Notes: generated by a model from the letters alone, not told the origin. DNA of 64,000 nt from Actinomycetota bacterium (GCA_046330185.1 JAXLTF010000005.1:96360-160359), one strand, 5' to 3'; positions 39,162 to 53,857 are shown, counted from the first letter of the stretch. Made by a program: numbers and translations.

Positions 39162-39457
39162 TTGAGCAGGTTCACCTCGTCCACGTTGATCGTCGCGCGA
39201 TTGCGGAACAGCAGGATCACGATCGCCAGGCCGATGCCGACCTCGGCGGCCGCAACGGCGATCACGCACCGCGCGCACACCTGACCCGTGATGTCGCCGA
39301 GCTGGGAGGCGAACGCGACCAGGTTCACGTTGACCGCGTTCAGCATCAGCTCGATCGACATGAGCACCATCACAGCGTTGCGGCGCGCCAGGACCCCGTA
39401 GACCCCGGCCGAGAACAGGAACGCCGAGAACATCAGCACGAGCGGCAGCCGGATCAC
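39155..39457 (-). CDS. nuoK: NADH-quinone oxidoreductase subunit K (cluster 1)
   Basis: About 100 aa from a GTG overlapping the nuoJ stop (GTGA); the upstream track ORF portion is R/P-rich. Confidence 0.8.
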   Translation of the reverse strand: MIRLPLVLMFSAFLFSAGVYGVLARRNAVMVLMSIELMLNAVNVNLVAFASQLGDITGQVCARCVIAVAAAEVGIGLAIVILLFRNRATINVDEVNLLKW

Positions 39458-39960
39458 GAGCCCTCGTCCTTGCGGGCCAGGACCACCGCGCCGATCAGGG
39501 CGGCCAGGAGCAGGAACGAGATCGCCTCGAACGGCAGGATGTAGGACCGGAACATCACGGACCCGATCTGCTCGGTAGTCGCGTGGGCGGGCTCGAACGC
39601 CCAGGCGTCCCCGCGGACGTCGAAGGCGTCCTGGATCATGAAGACCAGGCCGGCGAAGATCCCGATCCCGACGAGGGCCCCCAGCCACCGCCGCTGGTTG
39701 TCCAGCGCGTCACGGCCGATCGGCGCCTTCGTGAGCATCAGGCCGAACAGGAACAGGATCACGATCGCGCCCACGTAGATCAGGATCTGGACCCAGGCGA
39801 CGAACTCGGCCCCGAGGACCAGGTAGACGCCGCCCACCGAGAGCAACGACAGGACCAGGTACAGGGCGGCGTGGACGACGTTGCGGGCGGTCACGACCGC
39901 GATCGCCGATGCCGACCCGACCACGGCGAGGACGATGAACGCGTACTCCTGTCCCGACAC
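39454..39960 (-). CDS. nuoJ: NADH-quinone oxidoreductase subunit J (cluster 1)
   Basis: [43 protein letters not shown]; start approximate. Confidence 0.8.
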   Translation of the reverse strand: MSGQEYAFIVLAVVGSASAIAVVTARNVVHAALYLVLSLLSVGGVYLVLGAEFVAWVQILIYVGAIVILFLFGLMLTKAPIGRDALDNQRRWLGALVGIGIFAGLVFMIQDAFDVRGDAWAFEPAHATTEQIGSVMFRSYILPFEAISFLLLAALIGAVVLARKDEGS

Positions 39961-39962
39961 GC

Positions 39963-40514
39963 CTATGCGCCCTCCCCGACCGCGGCCGGCTCCGGGGATG
40001 CCTCGGCCTCGACCGCCTCGGCGCCCTCCTCGAGCGGCGGCGGTGGCAGCACCGTGTAGGTCCACTCCTCGAGCCGCTCCTTCTCGTGCGTCATCAGGTC
40101 GATCTCGTGCTCCCCGTACTCGAACTCCGGGCTCCAGAACAGGGCGTCGAACGGACAGACCTCAACGCAGATCCCGCAGTACATGCATAGCGCGTAGTCG
40201 ATCGCGAAGCGGTCGAGCACCTTGACGGAGCGCGCGCGGCCACCGCCGGCGGGCTCATGCGCCTCCTTGTGGGCATCGATGTAGATGCACCAGTCCGGGC
40301 ACTCGCGCGCGCACTTGTAGCAGACCGTGCAGTTCGCTTCCTTGAGGGCGATCACGCCACGGGTCCGGGCCGGGAGATCCGGCTTGACGTGCGGATACTG
40401 CTGCGTGACCGCGGGCTGCAGCATCGTCTTCAGCGTGACCCCGAGCCCCTTGAGCAGCCCCTGGCCGGCGCCGCTCTGCGGCGCGTCGTTGCGGTCCTCG
40501 GCGTCCGATGCCAC
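39963..40514 (-). CDS. nuoI: NADH-quinone oxidoreductase subunit I (2x[4Fe-4S]) (cluster 1)
   Basis: [12 protein letters not shown] and [12 protein letters not shown] ferredoxin motifs. Confidence 0.9.
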   Translation of the reverse strand: MASDAEDRNDAPQSGAGQGLLKGLGVTLKTMLQPAVTQQYPHVKPDLPARTRGVIALKEANCTVCYKCARECPDWCIYIDAHKEAHEPAGGGRARSVKVLDRFAIDYALCMYCGICVEVCPFDALFWSPEFEYGEHEIDLMTHEKERLEEWTYTVLPPPPLEEGAEAVEAEASPEPAAVGEGA

Positions 40515-40536
40515 GACCCCTCCCTCCGACGCGTTC

Positions 40537-41544
40537 CTAATGGACCGCGACCTTCACGACCGCCACGACCATGATCTGCAGCAGCGCGAGCGGGATCAGC
40601 ACCAGCCAGGAGAACCGCTGCAGCTGATCCTCGCGCATGCGTGGGTAGGTGGCCCTGAGCCAGATCACGATGAACGAGAGCACGCCGATCTTGCCGAGCA
40701 TCATCAGCGGCCCGGGGATGGGGATCCCCGGTAGCGGCAGGTAGCCGCCCAGGAAGAGCACCGACGCGATCCCGGCAAGCGCCACGATCCCGCCGTACTC
40801 CGCCAGCAGGAAGAACGCGAACTTCAGCCCCGTGTACTCGGTGTATGCCCCGAAGATGATCTCGGAGTCGGCGACGGGCATATCGAACGGCGGCCGAGTG
40901 AGCTCGGCCAGCGACGCCATCATGAAGATCAGGAACCCGATCAGCTGCGGGATCACGAACCAGAAGTCGGTCTGTGCCTCGACGATCCCCACCAGCGAGA
41001 GCGTTCCCGCCTGCATCACGACCGCGGCGGCGGCGAGCACCAGCGGCAGCTCGTAGGCGATCAGCTGTGCCGCGGCGCGCAGGGCTCCGATCAACGAGAA
41101 CTTGTTGGCGGAGGACCAGCCGGCCATGAGCACGCCGATCACCGACACAGAAGACATCGCGAGCACGAAGAAGATCCCGATGTCGAGGTTGACCGCCCAG
41201 ACCGAGTCGCTGAACGGCAGCACGACCAGGATCGCGATGTACGGGATCATCGCCACGGCCGGCGCGAGCGAGAAGACGCTGCGGTCGGCCGCCTGCGGGA
41301 CGACGTCCTCCTTCTGCACGAACTTCACGCCGTCGGCGACGAGCTGAGCCCACCCGTGGAACGCCCCGGCCTCCATCGGGCCGAGCCTGGCCTGCATGTG
41401 CGCCAGGACCTTGTGCTCCAGGTACCCGATCGCCAGCGGCACGACCAGGAAGAACGCCAGCACGAAGACCGTCTTGACGATCACGACGATCCAGACGTTG
41501 TCGAACCACTGTTCGACGAACGACGCGCCGGCCTGCGCGATCAC
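40537..41544 (-). CDS. nuoH: NADH-quinone oxidoreductase subunit H (cluster 1)
   Basis: GTG start overlapping the nuoC stop; conserved ...[23 protein letters not shown]... Confidence 0.85.
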   Translation of the reverse strand: MIAQAGASFVEQWFDNVWIVVIVKTVFVLAFFLVVPLAIGYLEHKVLAHMQARLGPMEAGAFHGWAQLVADGVKFVQKEDVVPQAADRSVFSLAPAVAMIPYIAILVVLPFSDSVWAVNLDIGIFFVLAMSSVSVIGVLMAGWSSANKFSLIGALRAAAQLIAYELPLVLAAAAVVMQAGTLSLVGIVEAQTDFWFVIPQLIGFLIFMMASLAELTRPPFDMPVADSEIIFGAYTEYTGLKFAFFLLAEYGGIVALAGIASVLFLGGYLPLPGIPIPGPLMMLGKIGVLSFIVIWLRATYPRMREDQLQRFSWLVLIPLALLQIMVVAVVKVAVH

Positions 41545-42068
41545 TCCTCCTCTTCCTCCTCGCCCTCCACGGCCCCCGGCCAGGGCTTCGCCTCGCGGGT
41601 CATCAGCGGGAAGTCCTTGCGGAGCGGGTGGCCCTCGAAGGGCTCGGAGAGGAGCAGCTTGACCGGCTTCGGATGGCCCTCGAACCGGATACCGAACATC
41701 TCGAGGACCTCCCGTTCGTGCCAGTCCGACGTGGGGAACAGGTCGGACACGGTCGGGCACACCGGGTCCTCATGAGGCAGGACGACCTTCACACGGACGT
41801 TGTGGTGGTGAAGGGTCGAGAACAGATGCGTCACGACCTCGAAGCCCCGCTCCGGACCGAAGTCGACACCGCCCGTGAAGTCGCAGTAGTCGCAGGCGAG
41901 CTCGGGTTCGTCCCGCAGGAAGCGGCAGATGTCCCGGTAGCGCTCGACGGCGACCGTCGCCACCGCGTGCCCGTGCTGCTCGGCGACGTCGGCGATGTCG
42001 TCTCCGAAGCGGGCCCGCAGCCGGGCGGCGACGTCCTCAGGCGTGAGCCGGCGCGGCGTCCCGACCAC
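41541..42068 (-). CDS. nuoC: NADH-quinone oxidoreductase subunit C (30-kDa) (cluster 1)
   Basis: [20 protein letters not shown] and PLRKDFP motifs; 175 aa; followed directly by nuoH with no nuoD. Confidence 0.85.
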   Translation of the reverse strand: MVGTPRRLTPEDVAARLRARFGDDIADVAEQHGHAVATVAVERYRDICRFLRDEPELACDYCDFTGGVDFGPERGFEVVTHLFSTLHHHNVRVKVVLPHEDPVCPTVSDLFPTSDWHEREVLEMFGIRFEGHPKPVKLLLSEPFEGHPLRKDFPLMTREAKPWPGAVEGEEEEEE

Positions 42069-42549
42069 CGAACTTCTCCTGGATGTCCTCGTCCTTGATC
42101 TTCTGCTGCAGCATCACGATGCCGTGCAACAGGGCCTCGGGCCGCGGCGGGCACCCCGGGACGTACACGTCCACGGGGACGATCTGGTCCACGCCCTTCG
42201 TGACCGAGTAGGAGTCCCAATACGGTCCGCCGCAGTTGGAGCACGACCCGAACGAGATGACGTACTTCGGATCGGGGATCTGGTCGTACACGCGCTTGAG
42301 AGCGGGGGCCATCTTGTCGGTCAGGGTCCCGGCGACGATCAGCAGGTCGGCCTGCCTGGGGCCGTGCGCGAACGGGATCACGCCGAGGCGGATGAAGTCG
42401 TGCTTGGATGTGGAGGTCGCGATCAGCTCGATCGCGCAGCATGCCAGCCCGAAGTTCATCACCCACAACGAGTAGCGGCGTCCCCAGTTCAGGAGGAACT
42501 TCACGGGCTGGATCCGCGGCAGGGGGGTCCGCTCGGTGATCAGGCCCAC
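42037..42549 (-). CDS. nuoB: NADH-quinone oxidoreductase subunit B (cluster 1), N2 cluster ligands retained
   Basis: [18 protein letters not shown] and PGCPP cysteine motifs; start adjusted to a GTG 8 nt before the nuoA stop. Confidence 0.85.
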   Translation of the reverse strand: MGLITERTPLPRIQPVKFLLNWGRRYSLWVMNFGLACCAIELIATSTSKHDFIRLGVIPFAHGPRQADLLIVAGTLTDKMAPALKRVYDQIPDPKYVISFGSCSNCGGPYWDSYSVTKGVDQIVPVDVYVPGCPPRPEALLHGIVMLQQKIKDEDIQEKFGGRDAAPAHA

Positions 42550-42947
42550 GTCAGCACGCCCTTCTTCCAGGCGTAGAGCAGCCCCACGGCCAAGATCCCG
42601 ATGAAGATGCCCATCTCGACGACCGCGGTGTACCCGAGCGACTCGAAGACCCGCGCCCACGGGAACAGGAACACGCTCTCCACGTCGAACACCACGAAGA
42701 GGAACCCGTAGACGTAGTAGCGGATCTGGCTCTGCGACCATCCCTCGCCCACCGGGTCGATCCCGCACTCGTAGGTGGTGAGCTTGGCGGGGAGCGGCCG
42801 GCGGGGGGCGATCAGGCGGGCGGCCCCGAAGGCCACGGCCACGAGCGCGGCCCCAGCGATCACGACCGCGAGCACGACGCCGTAGGACTGGTAGTAGCTA
42901 GTCACGCTTGTGAACGCTTTCCCGAGCGCGGATCCTAGCAGGATCAC
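42540..42947 (-). CDS. nuoA: NADH-quinone oxidoreductase subunit A (cluster 1)
   Basis: [12 protein letters not shown]...[11 protein letters not shown]; starts 1 nt after the polyprenyl synthase stop. Confidence 0.85.
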   Translation of the reverse strand: MILLGSALGKAFTSVTSYYQSYGVVLAVVIAGAALVAVAFGAARLIAPRRPLPAKLTTYECGIDPVGEGWSQSQIRYYVYGFLFVVFDVESVFLFPWARVFESLGYTAVVEMGIFIGILAVGLLYAWKKGVLTWA

Positions 42948-43961
42948 TCATCGCGGATCCTCAGCTCCGCAGCGGGCCGCCAGGAAGCGCGCGAGCTGCC
43001 GGAACGCGTGGCGGGCGGGCCCGTCGGGAAGCGTCCGCGTGAGCCGGATCGCGCGTTCCACCTCCTCCGTCACCGCCCGTCGAGCCGCCTCCACCGAGCC
43101 CCCGCCCTGCACGATCTCGAGCGCTCGATCCAGCAGCTCGCCGTCGGGCGGTCCGTGCGACAGGATGCGCGCCAGCTCCGCGCGGTCCGGGTCGTGGGCG
43201 AGCGCGTGGAGCACGGGAAGCGTGTACACGCCCTCCTTCAGATCCTGCCCGGGCTCCTTCCCGAGCTCGAGCTGGGTCGAGGTGATGTCCATGATGTCGT
43301 CCGACAGCTGGAAGGCCATGCCCAGGGCGTGGCCGAACGCCTCCAGGACGTCGATCTGCTCGATGGTTGCATCCGAAAGCATCCCGCCCAGGCGGCACGA
43401 GGTGCCGATCAACCACGCGGTCTTGCGGCGGATGATCTCGAGGTAGGCCTCCTGCTCCTGTTCGACCCTGCCCGCGGCGTCCACCTCCCGGATCTGCCCG
43501 TCGCACAAGATCGCGATCGTCCGGGCGAGGAGGCGGCAGACCTCGGTCCCCAGCTCCGTCGAGATCTCCGACGCGCGCGCGAACAGGAAGTCGCCGGTGA
43601 GGATCGCGACCGTGTTGTCCCAGCGCAGGTTCGCCGAGGGCGAGCCGCGACGGCTCTCGGCCTCGTCGATCACGTCGTCGTGGTACAGCGTGGCGAGGTG
43701 GACCAGCTCGATCGCGACCGACCCGGGGATCAGGCGGGGATCGGCGGCGTCGCCGAAAGTGCCGGCCAGCAGCACCAGCATCGCCCGGAAGCGCTTGCCG
43801 CCGGCCGCGATCAGGTACGACGAGGTCTCGGACAGCAGCCCGGAGGTCTCGACCCGGACCGCCTTCTCGAGCGCCTCCTCCACCCGGTCCAGCCGGCCAC
43901 GGATCTCCGCTTCGAGGGCCGGGTCCGGCGACTCCAGCCCCGGGAGCACGCGAAGGCTCAT
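42948..43961 (-). CDS. polyprenyl diphosphate synthase (trans-isoprenyl diphosphate synthase family), embedded between the two nuo sets
   Basis: FARM LYHDDVIDEAESRRG and second motif FQLSDDIMD; start ATG 4 nt after the nuoN2 stop. Confidence 0.85.
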   Translation of the reverse strand: MSLRVLPGLESPDPALEAEIRGRLDRVEEALEKAVRVETSGLLSETSSYLIAAGGKRFRAMLVLLAGTFGDAADPRLIPGSVAIELVHLATLYHDDVIDEAESRRGSPSANLRWDNTVAILTGDFLFARASEISTELGTEVCRLLARTIAILCDGQIREVDAAGRVEQEQEAYLEIIRRKTAWLIGTSCRLGGMLSDATIEQIDVLEAFGHALGMAFQLSDDIMDITSTQLELGKEPGQDLKEGVYTLPVLHALAHDPDRAELARILSHGPPDGELLDRALEIVQGGGSVEAARRAVTEEVERAIRLTRTLPDGPARHAFRQLARFLAARCGAEDPR

Positions 43962-43965
43962 CGGC

Positions 43966-45417
43966 TCACCATCGCAGCACCGACGCCTGCTGCAGGATCT
44001 CCGACAGCAGGCCAGGGAAGATCCCGAGCACCAGCGTGAGCACCGCCGGGATCGCGATCGCCACACGCGGGGCCACGGACGGATCGCGGGAGTGCTCCCC
44101 CTGAGGTTCGTGCATGTACATCAGGACGATCAGGCGCAGGTAGAAGAAGGCCGCCACGACGCTCGACACGACCCCGATCAGCGCGAGCGACCAGTACCCC
44201 GCGTCGATCGCCGCGCCGAAGACGCCCGCCTTCGCGATGAAGCCGACCGTCGGCGGGATCCCGGCCAGGGAGAGCAGGAACAGGGTCATCAGGCCGGCCA
44301 GCAGCGGCGAGCGACGGGCGAGGCCCGCGTACGCCCCGAACGACGTCTGCTCCTCGCCCCGCGCGGACACGAGCATCACGATGCCGAACGCGCCCAGGAT
44401 CATGACGGCGTACGCGATCAGGTAGAACATCGCCGCCCGGATGCCGGTCTGGTTCGCCGCCGTCAGGCCGGTGAGGATGAACCCGGCGTGGGCGACGCTC
44501 GAATACGCCAGCATCCGCTTCACGTCGGTCTGGGCGATCGCCAGGACGCTCCCCACCACCATCGAGAGCGCCGCCAGCGCCCAGATCACGGGCGTCCAGT
44601 CCCACGTGATGGGCTGGAACGCCACGTCGAGCACCCGGATCAGCGCCATGAACGCGGCGACCTTGGTCGCGGCCGACATGTACGCAGTCACCGGCGTCGG
44701 CGCGCCCTGGTAGACGTCCGGGGTCCACATGTGGAACGGCGCGGACGAGACCTTGAAGGCGAACGCGACCGCCAGGAACGCGAACGCCAGCAGCACGATC
44801 GCCAGGTCGTCGGTCGAGCCCGTCAACGCGTTCGCGATCGCGCGGATCTTCGTCGTGCCGGTGGCGCCGTAGGCCATCGCCACGCCGTAGAGGAAGAAGG
44901 CCGACGAGAACGCCCCGAGCAGGAAGTACTTCATCGCCGCCTCGCTCGAGCTACGCCGGCCGGTGATCCCGGTCAGCACGTACAGCGACAGCGAAAGGAT
45001 CTCGAGCGCCAGGAACGTCACGATCAGGTCGTTCGCGGCCGTGATCAGCGTCATCCCGGCCGTGGCGAACAGCAGCAGCGGATAGAACTCACCACGCGGC
45101 TCGTCGCCGGAACGCGCGAAGTAGTGCGCGCCGTAGACCAACGCGAGCGCGGCGATGGCGACCAGCAGGACGCGGGCGACGACCGAGAACCGGTCGACCG
45201 CCACCATCCCCTGCAGGGCGGTCTGGCCTCCCTCGTGGTTCCAAAGGAGCATCGAGGCCGCGGCGGCCCCGGCGAGCCCGATCGCGGCCACCAGGACGTG
45301 TATCCGGCGATCGGATCGACGGGCGAACGCCTCGTACAGCAGCCCCACGATCGCCGCCGCGCACAGGACCAGCTCGGGGAGGATCGGGACGAGGTCGATC
45401 TCCGGGGTGCGGATCAT
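43966..45417 (-). CDS. nuoN: NADH-quinone oxidoreductase subunit N (complete cluster 2)
   Basis: Starts [16 protein letters not shown] at an ATG overlapping the nuoM2 stop (ATGA); the track ORF 43966..47025 is a read-through artefact. Confidence 0.85.
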   Translation of the reverse strand: MIRTPEIDLVPILPELVLCAAAIVGLLYEAFARRSDRRIHVLVAAIGLAGAAAASMLLWNHEGGQTALQGMVAVDRFSVVARVLLVAIAALALVYGAHYFARSGDEPRGEFYPLLLFATAGMTLITAANDLIVTFLALEILSLSLYVLTGITGRRSSSEAAMKYFLLGAFSSAFFLYGVAMAYGATGTTKIRAIANALTGSTDDLAIVLLAFAFLAVAFAFKVSSAPFHMWTPDVYQGAPTPVTAYMSAATKVAAFMALIRVLDVAFQPITWDWTPVIWALAALSMVVGSVLAIAQTDVKRMLAYSSVAHAGFILTGLTAANQTGIRAAMFYLIAYAVMILGAFGIVMLVSARGEEQTSFGAYAGLARRSPLLAGLMTLFLLSLAGIPPTVGFIAKAGVFGAAIDAGYWSLALIGVVSSVVAAFFYLRLIVLMYMHEPQGEHSRDPSVAPRVAIAIPAVLTLVLGIFPGLLSEILQQASVLRW

Positions 45418-46963
45418 GACCCCCCCTCCGTCGATGGCGGCGCCAGCGCGAGCGCGGGCTGCCCGAGGTCGGTCTGCTGCCCGGCCGGCGCGACGTGCCG
45501 CACGACGGCCGACGTGGTCGGGTCGATCCGGTCGGTGACCACCTTGGGGTAGACGCCGAACACCAGCAGCAGGGCCAGCACCGGAGCGAGCAGGACCACC
45601 TCCCGCAGGCTGACGTCGGGCAGGTGACGATGATCCTCGTCCCGGACGGGCCCGAACGCCATCCGCTGGTAGGACCACAGCAGGTAGATCGCGGCCAAGA
45701 CCACCGCGACGGCCGCGAGCGACCCGAACCACGGATCGACCATGAACGCGCCGGCGATCACCAGGAACTCGCCGACGAAGTTGTTCAGCCCGGGCAGACC
45801 GATCGACGCCAGGACCACGAACAGGAACGCGCCGGTGAGCCACGGCATGATCGTCGCCAACCCGCCCATCCGGGCGAGGTCGCGCGTATGCGTCCGTTCG
45901 TAGACCATGCCGACGACCAGGAACAGCGCGCCGGTCGACAGGCCGTGGTTGACCATCTGCAGCACGCCGCCGGTGGCGCCCTGCTCGGTGAACGCGAAGA
46001 TGCCCAGCACCACGAACCCGAGGTGCGACACGGACGTGTACGCGACGAGCCGTTTGAGGTCGGTCTGCATCAGCGCCACGACCGCGCCGTAGACGATCCC
46101 GATCACGGCGAGGACCGACACGGCGGTGGCGAAGTACCGAGAGGCCCCCGGGAACAGCGCCAGGTTGAACCGGATCAGGCCGTAGGCTCCGACCTTCAGG
46201 AGCACGCCCGCCAGGAGCACCGAGCCGGCCGTCGGCGCCTCGGTGTGCGCGTCGGGGAGCCAGGTGTGCAGCGGGAAGACGGGCACCTTGACAGCGAACG
46301 CCACGAAGAACGCCAGGAACAGCCACCGGGTGGTCGCGGGAGACAGCGCCCCGGCCACCTCGGTGAGGGCCCGCAGATCGAACGTGCCCGCGCCCAGCTG
46401 GGGGCCCGCTTTCGCGTACAGGAACAGGATCCCCACCAGCAGGAACGCCGATCCCGCCATCGTGTACAGGAAGAACTTCACCGCCGCATGGACGCGGCGC
46501 TCCCCGCCCCATCCGCCGATCAGGAAGTACATCGGGACGAGGATGGCCTCGAAGAAGATGAAGAACAGGAGCAGGTCTAGCGCGACGAACGAGCCGACGA
46601 CTGCGACCTCCAACGTCAGCATCGCCATGAAGTAGCGGCGGACGTTGCGCTCGATCGACCACGAGGCCAGGACCGAGACCGGCATCAGGAACGTCGTGAG
46701 CAGCACCATCCACAGGCTCACGCCGTCGACCCCGACCAGGTACCGCAGGCCGATCGCCGGCACCCACGACGCGTCCTCGACCATCTGGAAGCCGGGGACC
46801 TGCGCGTCGAAACGCCCGAGCACGGCGAGCGAGGCCACGAACGCGGCGAGCGTGGTGACGAGCGCGACGACCCGGGCGCCGTCGTCGGACAGGGACCTCC
46901 AGGCCAGCAGGATCGCGACGCCGACCAGCGGCAGGAAGGTCACCAGGGAGAGCAGGTGGTCGA

Positions 46964-46967
<4 letters not shown>
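45414..46967 (-). CDS. nuoM: NADH-quinone oxidoreductase subunit M (cluster 2)
   Basis: GTG start ([16 protein letters not shown]) overlapping the nuoL2 stop; about 517 aa. Confidence 0.85.
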
Positions 46968-48873
<1,906 letters not shown>

Positions 48874-48880
<7 letters not shown>

Positions 48881-49179
48881 CTGAGCTCCTTCAGCTCGTC
48901 CATGTTGACGGTGTGCCGACGGCGGTAGACCGAGACGATGATCGCGAGCCCGACGACGACCTCGGCGGCGGCCACGACCATCGAGAAGAACGCCAGCACC
49001 TGGCCGTCGAGGTTCCCGTGCATCCGCGAGAAGGCCACCAGCGCCAGGTTCGCTGCGTTCAGCTGGAGCTCGACCGACATGAACATCACGAGCGCGTTGC
49101 GACGGACCAACACGCCGACGCTTCCGACCGCGAACAGGATCGCGGACAGGACCAAGAAGTAGGCGATCGGGGTGCTCAC
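48874..49179 (-). CDS. nuoK: NADH-quinone oxidoreductase subunit K (cluster 2)
   Basis: 101 aa from a GTG overlapping the nuoJ2 stop; [19 protein letters not shown]... Confidence 0.8.
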
Positions 49180-49799
49180 GGGACGGGCTCCGCCTGCGCC
49201 GGGGCCGGCGAACCGCCCGGATCCGAAGGGTCGTCCGGGCCGGCCGCCGCCATCACCGCGGCGGCTTCCGCCTGGGTGATCGCGCGAGCCTTGCGGTGCG
49301 CCAGGATCATCGCCGCGATCGCCGCGATGATCAGCAGGATCGAGGTGACCTCGAAGGGGAAGAAGTAGTCCCGGAACAGCACGCGCGCGAGCGCCTGGGC
49401 GTTCCCGGGGGCGTTGACCTCGTCGAACCCGTCGGGGGCGAGGGTCGCGAACCCGATCCCGGCGCGGATCGCCAGGGTCACCTCGAGGACGAACGCGACC
49501 CCGAACGCGATCGCCAGCCAACGCTGGCCCGACAGCCGCTCGCGCAGATCCTCGGTCCGGTCGACGCCCAGCAGCATGATCACGAACAGGAACAGGACCA
49601 TGATCGCGCCCGCGTAGACGACGATCTGCACGGCGAACAGGAACGGCGCGTCGAGGATCAGGTAGAAGACGGCCAGGCAGAAGAAGTTCACGATCAGGAA
49701 CAGCGCCGCGTGGATCGCGTTGCGCATCATCAGCATCCCGATCGCGCTCGCCACCGAGATCGGCGCGAACACCCAGAAGGCCAGGAGGTCGGCCGGCAC
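49176..49799 (-). CDS. nuoJ: NADH-quinone oxidoreductase subunit J (cluster 2) with Pro-rich C-terminal tail
   Basis: [40 protein letters not shown]. Confidence 0.85.
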   Translation of the reverse strand: MPADLLAFWVFAPISVASAIGMLMMRNAIHAALFLIVNFFCLAVFYLILDAPFLFAVQIVVYAGAIMVLFLFVIMLLGVDRTEDLRERLSGQRWLAIAFGVAFVLEVTLAIRAGIGFATLAPDGFDEVNAPGNAQALARVLFRDYFFPFEVTSILLIIAAIAAMILAHRKARAITQAEAAAVMAAAGPDDPSDPGGSPAPAQAEPVP

Positions 49800-50294
49800 C
49801 TAGCGCCCCTCGCGGTCCACGGGATCGGTGCCCAGCTCGGGCGGACCCTCGAGCAGGCGCTCCTTCGTCCACACCGCGTCCTCGCGGCTCGTGAACGCGA
49901 GCTCGTAGTAGCTGGTGAGGGTGAGCGCCCGCGTGGGGCAGGCCTCGACGCAGAACCCGCACATGATGCAGCGCAGGTAGTTGATCTGGTAGTCCTTCGC
50001 GTACCGCTCCCCCGGCGACACCGGGTCATCGGGATCGTTGTCCGCGCCCTGCACCCAGATCGCGTCCGCGGGACACGCGTACGCGCAGAGCTCGCACCCG
50101 ATGCACTTCTCCAGCCCGTTCTCGTGCCGGTTCAGTCGGTGTCGGCCGATGTGGGAACGCTCGGGCGGAGGCACGATCTCGGCCGGGTACCGCTCGGTGT
50201 TGTCCCGGCGGAAGGTCTGCTTCCAGACGGTCCCCAGCCCCTTCGCGATGGCCGACGCCGCGTCCACGAACGTCCTCGGCTCGCGTTCGCTCAC
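49800..50294 (-). CDS. nuoI: NADH-quinone oxidoreductase subunit I (cluster 2)
   Basis: [12 protein letters not shown] and [12 protein letters not shown]; GTG start overlapping the nuoH2 stop; upstream 260 aa of the track ORF are junk. Confidence 0.85.
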   Translation of the reverse strand: MSEREPRTFVDAASAIAKGLGTVWKQTFRRDNTERYPAEIVPPPERSHIGRHRLNRHENGLEKCIGCELCAYACPADAIWVQGADNDPDDPVSPGERYAKDYQINYLRCIMCGFCVEACPTRALTLTSYYELAFTSREDAVWTKERLLEGPPELGTDPVDREGR

Positions 50295-51436
50295 ACGGAC
50301 ACCCCTTCGTCGGATGAGCCCGGCTCCGACGGCTGCGGCCGGCGGGGAGCCACGAGCGGCGCGAGCAGCGAGACCAGCAGCACGGCGCCCAAGATCGCGG
50401 CCGCGCCCACCAGGATCGCGCGACGCCCGAAGTGATCCGGCAGCACCACGACCGCTCCCGTGATCATCACCCAAACCAGGCCGAACGGGATCAGGACCTT
50501 CCAACCGAACGTCATCAGCCGGTCGTAGCGCATCCGGGGGAGGGTGCCGCGAACCAGGATGTAGACGTAGATGATCGCGGTGACCTTCACCAGGAACCAC
50601 ACGATGGGCCACAGGCCGTGCAGGAACTCGGGGGCGGGGCCGCGCCAGCCGCCCAGGAACAGCGTCGTGGCGATCGCGGCGACCGTGACCGTGTTCACGT
50701 ACTCGCCCAGGTAGAACATCGCGAACTTGATGCCCGAGTACTCGGTGTGGAACCCGGCGACGAGCTCGGTCTCGGCCTCGGCCAGGTCGAACGGCGGACG
50801 GTTCGTCTCGGCCAGCCCGCACACCAGGTACACGACGAACGCCGGGAGCTGCGGGATCACGTTCCACACGCGCTCCTGCGCGTCCACGATCTCGCTCATC
50901 CGCAGGTGTCCCGAGTACATCAGGACCGCGACGAGCGCCAGGCCCATCCCGACCTCGTAGGAGATCATCTGCGCCGTCGAGCGGATGGAACCCAGCAGGG
51001 GGTAGTTCGACCCGCTCGACCAGCCGGCCAGCACGATCGAGTAGACGCCGATCGAGGTCATCGCCAGCACCCACAGGATCCCGATGTTCAGGTCGGAGAT
51101 CTGCATCGGCACCTCGCGCCCGAAGAGCTCCACCGGCGCGCCGAACGGCACGACGGCGAAGGCCAGGAACGCCGGCAGCATCGCGATCACCGGGGCGATC
51201 AGGTAGACGCCGCGGTCCGCGTTCGCCGGCGTGATGCCCTCCTTGAAGAACAGCTTGATCCCATCGGCGAGCGTGATCAGGATCCCCCGTGGCCCCGCCC
51301 GCAGCGGACCGGTGCGGGTCTGGAAGTCGGCGATCACCTTGCGCTCCATCCAGATGTAGAGCATCACGGCGATCAGGAGCGCGAAGAACACGATCACGAC
51401 GCGTGCGATCAGCAGGACCCAGTCGAGCCAGTCCAT
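50291..51436 (-). CDS. nuoH: NADH-quinone oxidoreductase subunit H (cluster 2)
   Basis: 381 aa; [34 protein letters not shown]. Confidence 0.9.
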   Translation of the reverse strand: MDWLDWVLLIARVVIVFFALLIAVMLYIWMERKVIADFQTRTGPLRAGPRGILITLADGIKLFFKEGITPANADRGVYLIAPVIAMLPAFLAFAVVPFGAPVELFGREVPMQISDLNIGILWVLAMTSIGVYSIVLAGWSSGSNYPLLGSIRSTAQMISYEVGMGLALVAVLMYSGHLRMSEIVDAQERVWNVIPQLPAFVVYLVCGLAETNRPPFDLAEAETELVAGFHTEYSGIKFAMFYLGEYVNTVTVAAIATTLFLGGWRGPAPEFLHGLWPIVWFLVKVTAIIYVYILVRGTLPRMRYDRLMTFGWKVLIPFGLVWVMITGAVVVLPDHFGRRAILVGAAAILGAVLLVSLLAPLVAPRRPQPSEPGSSDEGVSV

Positions 51437-53857
51437 CTACGCGCCCACCTCCGCGCGTTCGGCGTCGTCGGCGCCCGATCCCGTGTCCAGCGCCTCCACG
51501 ACCGCGGGCGTCGTGAACGTCCCCGACAGCAGCGTGTTCGCCGCGAGACCCGGCTGGTTGAAGGGCACGAACGCGGAGCCGGCAGCGACGTGAGGGGTCA
51601 CCCTGACCGGGAGATCTGCCCGCCCCGCCGCGGTCCGCACCGCCGCGCGCCCGCCGTCAACGATCCCGCGGACCGAGGCGTCGTCCGGATGGACCTCGAG
51701 CACGGCCTCGTCCTCGAGGGCCGCCTTGAGCTCGACGGCCCGCTCCGAGAGCCGGCCCTCATCGACCAGGAGCGGATACGTGAAGAGCGCCAGCTCGCCT
51801 TCGCCGAGCGCCCCCCGCTGCGGAACCGGGGCCCGCTCCAGGGGTGTCCCGACCGGCGCGACCCCGCCCTCCATGGGGGCCAGCAGCCGGCCCATCTCCT
51901 CGTGCAGCTCGTCGAGGGTCTCGAACCCCAGATCGCCTCCGGCCGCCAGGGCGAGGCTCGCGAAGATCTCCCAGTCGGGCAGCGAGATGCTCCGCGGGCC
52001 GCGGACCGGCCGCAGGCGCTGCGAACGTCCCTCCCACGTCGTGACGTGGCCGTCCTTCTCCAGGTACGGCGCCGCCGGCAGGAAGGCGTCGGCGAAGGGC
52101 TCCAAGGAGCCGAGCTCGAGCGACTGGACGACCTTGCGCGGCACGTTCTCCAGGGCCCGTCGCGCGAGCGCCGCGTCGGGGTAGTCCCGCAACGGGTCGA
52201 TGCCGATCAGGAACAGCACGTCCAGCTCGCGCGACGCGCATGCCTCCAGGATCTCCCGCCAGCCCCGGCCCTCCTCGGCCGCCAGGATCGGACCCCACCG
52301 CGCCTCCACCTCCGCCCGCTCCGCGTCGGCGCCGAACCTGCGACCGCCGGGCAGGAGCGACGGATGGACGCCGGCGATCAGCGCGCCGCGGTCGTTCGCC
52401 CGCCGCGTCGCGAACGCGAACCGCGCGCCGGTGGACCGGGCGAGGTCGCGCGCTGCCTCAACACCCCCCCGGTGCGCCGCGAGCCGCGGACCCGCGATCA
52501 CGAGGCCGCGCTCGCCCGCGTCGCGGAGAGCCGCCACGACACCCGCGAGCTCGGCCGCGCCGCCGTCGGGGTCCAGCAGCCCGGCCTCGTCGCCGGGCCG
52601 GCACAGGACGTGCTCCGCGACGTCCCACAGGCGCGTGCGCCGCGGGTGCAGCACGACGATCCGGACGCCGCGTCGGGCGGCCTTGCGCAGCCGCAGGTGG
52701 AGGATCGGCACCTCCTGCTCGGCATCCAGGCCCGCCACCAGGATCACGTCGGCGCGCTCGACGTCCGCGTAGGTCGTCGAGAGGGTGCCAGCCGCCAGCC
52801 GCTCCTCGACGTCGCCCGCCCCCTCGTCGCGCCGGTGATCCAGGTCGTTGGTGCTGAAGACCGTGCGCGCGAGCTTCGACAGCGCGTAGTAGTCCTCGTC
52901 CATCAGCCGACCGCCGGTCAGGAACGCGACCCGCCGGCCCCGGCTCCATCCCGCGACCCGCGTCAGCACCTCGCCGAACGACGCGGGCTCCAGCCCGTGG
53001 TCGCGCAGCAAGGGGGTCGTGATCCGATCGGGGGCGTCGGCGAACCGGAAGGCGAACCGGCCCTTGTCGCAGATCCATGCGTCGTTGACGTCCAGGTTGT
53101 CACGGGCGACCTGTCGGACGACCTCTCCGCGGCGGAGATCGAGCTTCATGTTGCAGCCGGCGCTGCAGTGCGGGCAGATCGTGTCCACCGTCGACAGGTC
53201 GAACGGGCGGGCCACGAACCGGTACGGCGTCGAGGTAAGGGCCCCGACGGGGCAGATCTGGATCGTGTTGCCGCTGAACGGCGACCGCAGATCCTCCCCC
53301 GCCGCGATCGCGACCTGCTGGAAGGCGCCGCGGGCGAACATGTCGATGAACCGGTCGCCCGAGATCTGGTCGCAGAAGCGGGTGCAACGGGCGCACAGGA
53401 CGCAGCGCTCCCGGTCGAGGTTCACCAGCGGGGACAGCGGCAGCGGCTTGCGGAAGACCCGCTTGGCCTCCCGATAACGGCTCTCACCCGGACCGAACGC
53501 GAGGGTCTGATCCTGCAGCGGGCATTCGCCGCCCCGGTCGCAGACGGGGCAGTCGAGCGGGTGGTTGAGCAGCAGGAACTCCAGGTTCGCGACCTGCGCC
53601 TCGCGCGCCTCGTCGCTCGCGTTCTGGGTCCTGACGACCATCCCGGGCGCGACGGTGGTGGTACAGGACGTGAAGAGCTTGCGCTGGCCCTCGATCTCGA
53701 CGTAGCACTGACGGCAGGCGCCGACGGGGTCGAGGAGCGGGTGATCGCAGAACCGCGGGATCTCGATGCCCAGATGCTCGGCCGCACGGATGATGAGCGT
53801 CCCGGCGGGGACCGTCACCTCCTTGCCGTCGATCGTGAGGGTTACGAGGTCGCTCAT
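51437..53857 (-). CDS. nuoG: NADH-quinone oxidoreductase subunit G (cluster 2)
   Basis: Start [40 protein letters not shown] at an ATG overlapping the nuoF2 stop; 2Fe-2S and 4Fe-4S Cys motifs; about 806 aa. Confidence 0.9.
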   Translation of the reverse strand: MSDLVTLTIDGKEVTVPAGTLIIRAAEHLGIEIPRFCDHPLLDPVGACRQCYVEIEGQRKLFTSCTTTVAPGMVVRTQNASDEAREAQVANLEFLLLNHPLDCPVCDRGGECPLQDQTLAFGPGESRYREAKRVFRKPLPLSPLVNLDRERCVLCARCTRFCDQISGDRFIDMFARGAFQQVAIAAGEDLRSPFSGNTIQICPVGALTSTPYRFVARPFDLSTVDTICPHCSAGCNMKLDLRRGEVVRQVARDNLDVNDAWICDKGRFAFRFADAPDRITTPLLRDHGLEPASFGEVLTRVAGWSRGRRVAFLTGGRLMDEDYYALSKLARTVFSTNDLDHRRDEGAGDVEERLAAGTLSTTYADVERADVILVAGLDAEQEVPILHLRLRKAARRGVRIVVLHPRRTRLWDVAEHVLCRPGDEAGLLDPDGGAAELAGVVAALRDAGERGLVIAGPRLAAHRGGVEAARDLARSTGARFAFATRRANDRGALIAGVHPSLLPGGRRFGADAERAEVEARWGPILAAEEGRGWREILEACASRELDVLFLIGIDPLRDYPDAALARRALENVPRKVVQSLELGSLEPFADAFLPAAPYLEKDGHVTTWEGRSQRLRPVRGPRSISLPDWEIFASLALAAGGDLGFETLDELHEEMGRLLAPMEGGVAPVGTPLERAPVPQRGALGEGELALFTYPLLVDEGRLSERAVELKAALEDEAVLEVHPDDASVRGIVDGGRAAVRTAAGRADLPVRVTPHVAAGSAFVPFNQPGLAANTLLSGTFTTPAVVEALDTGSGADDAERAEVGA

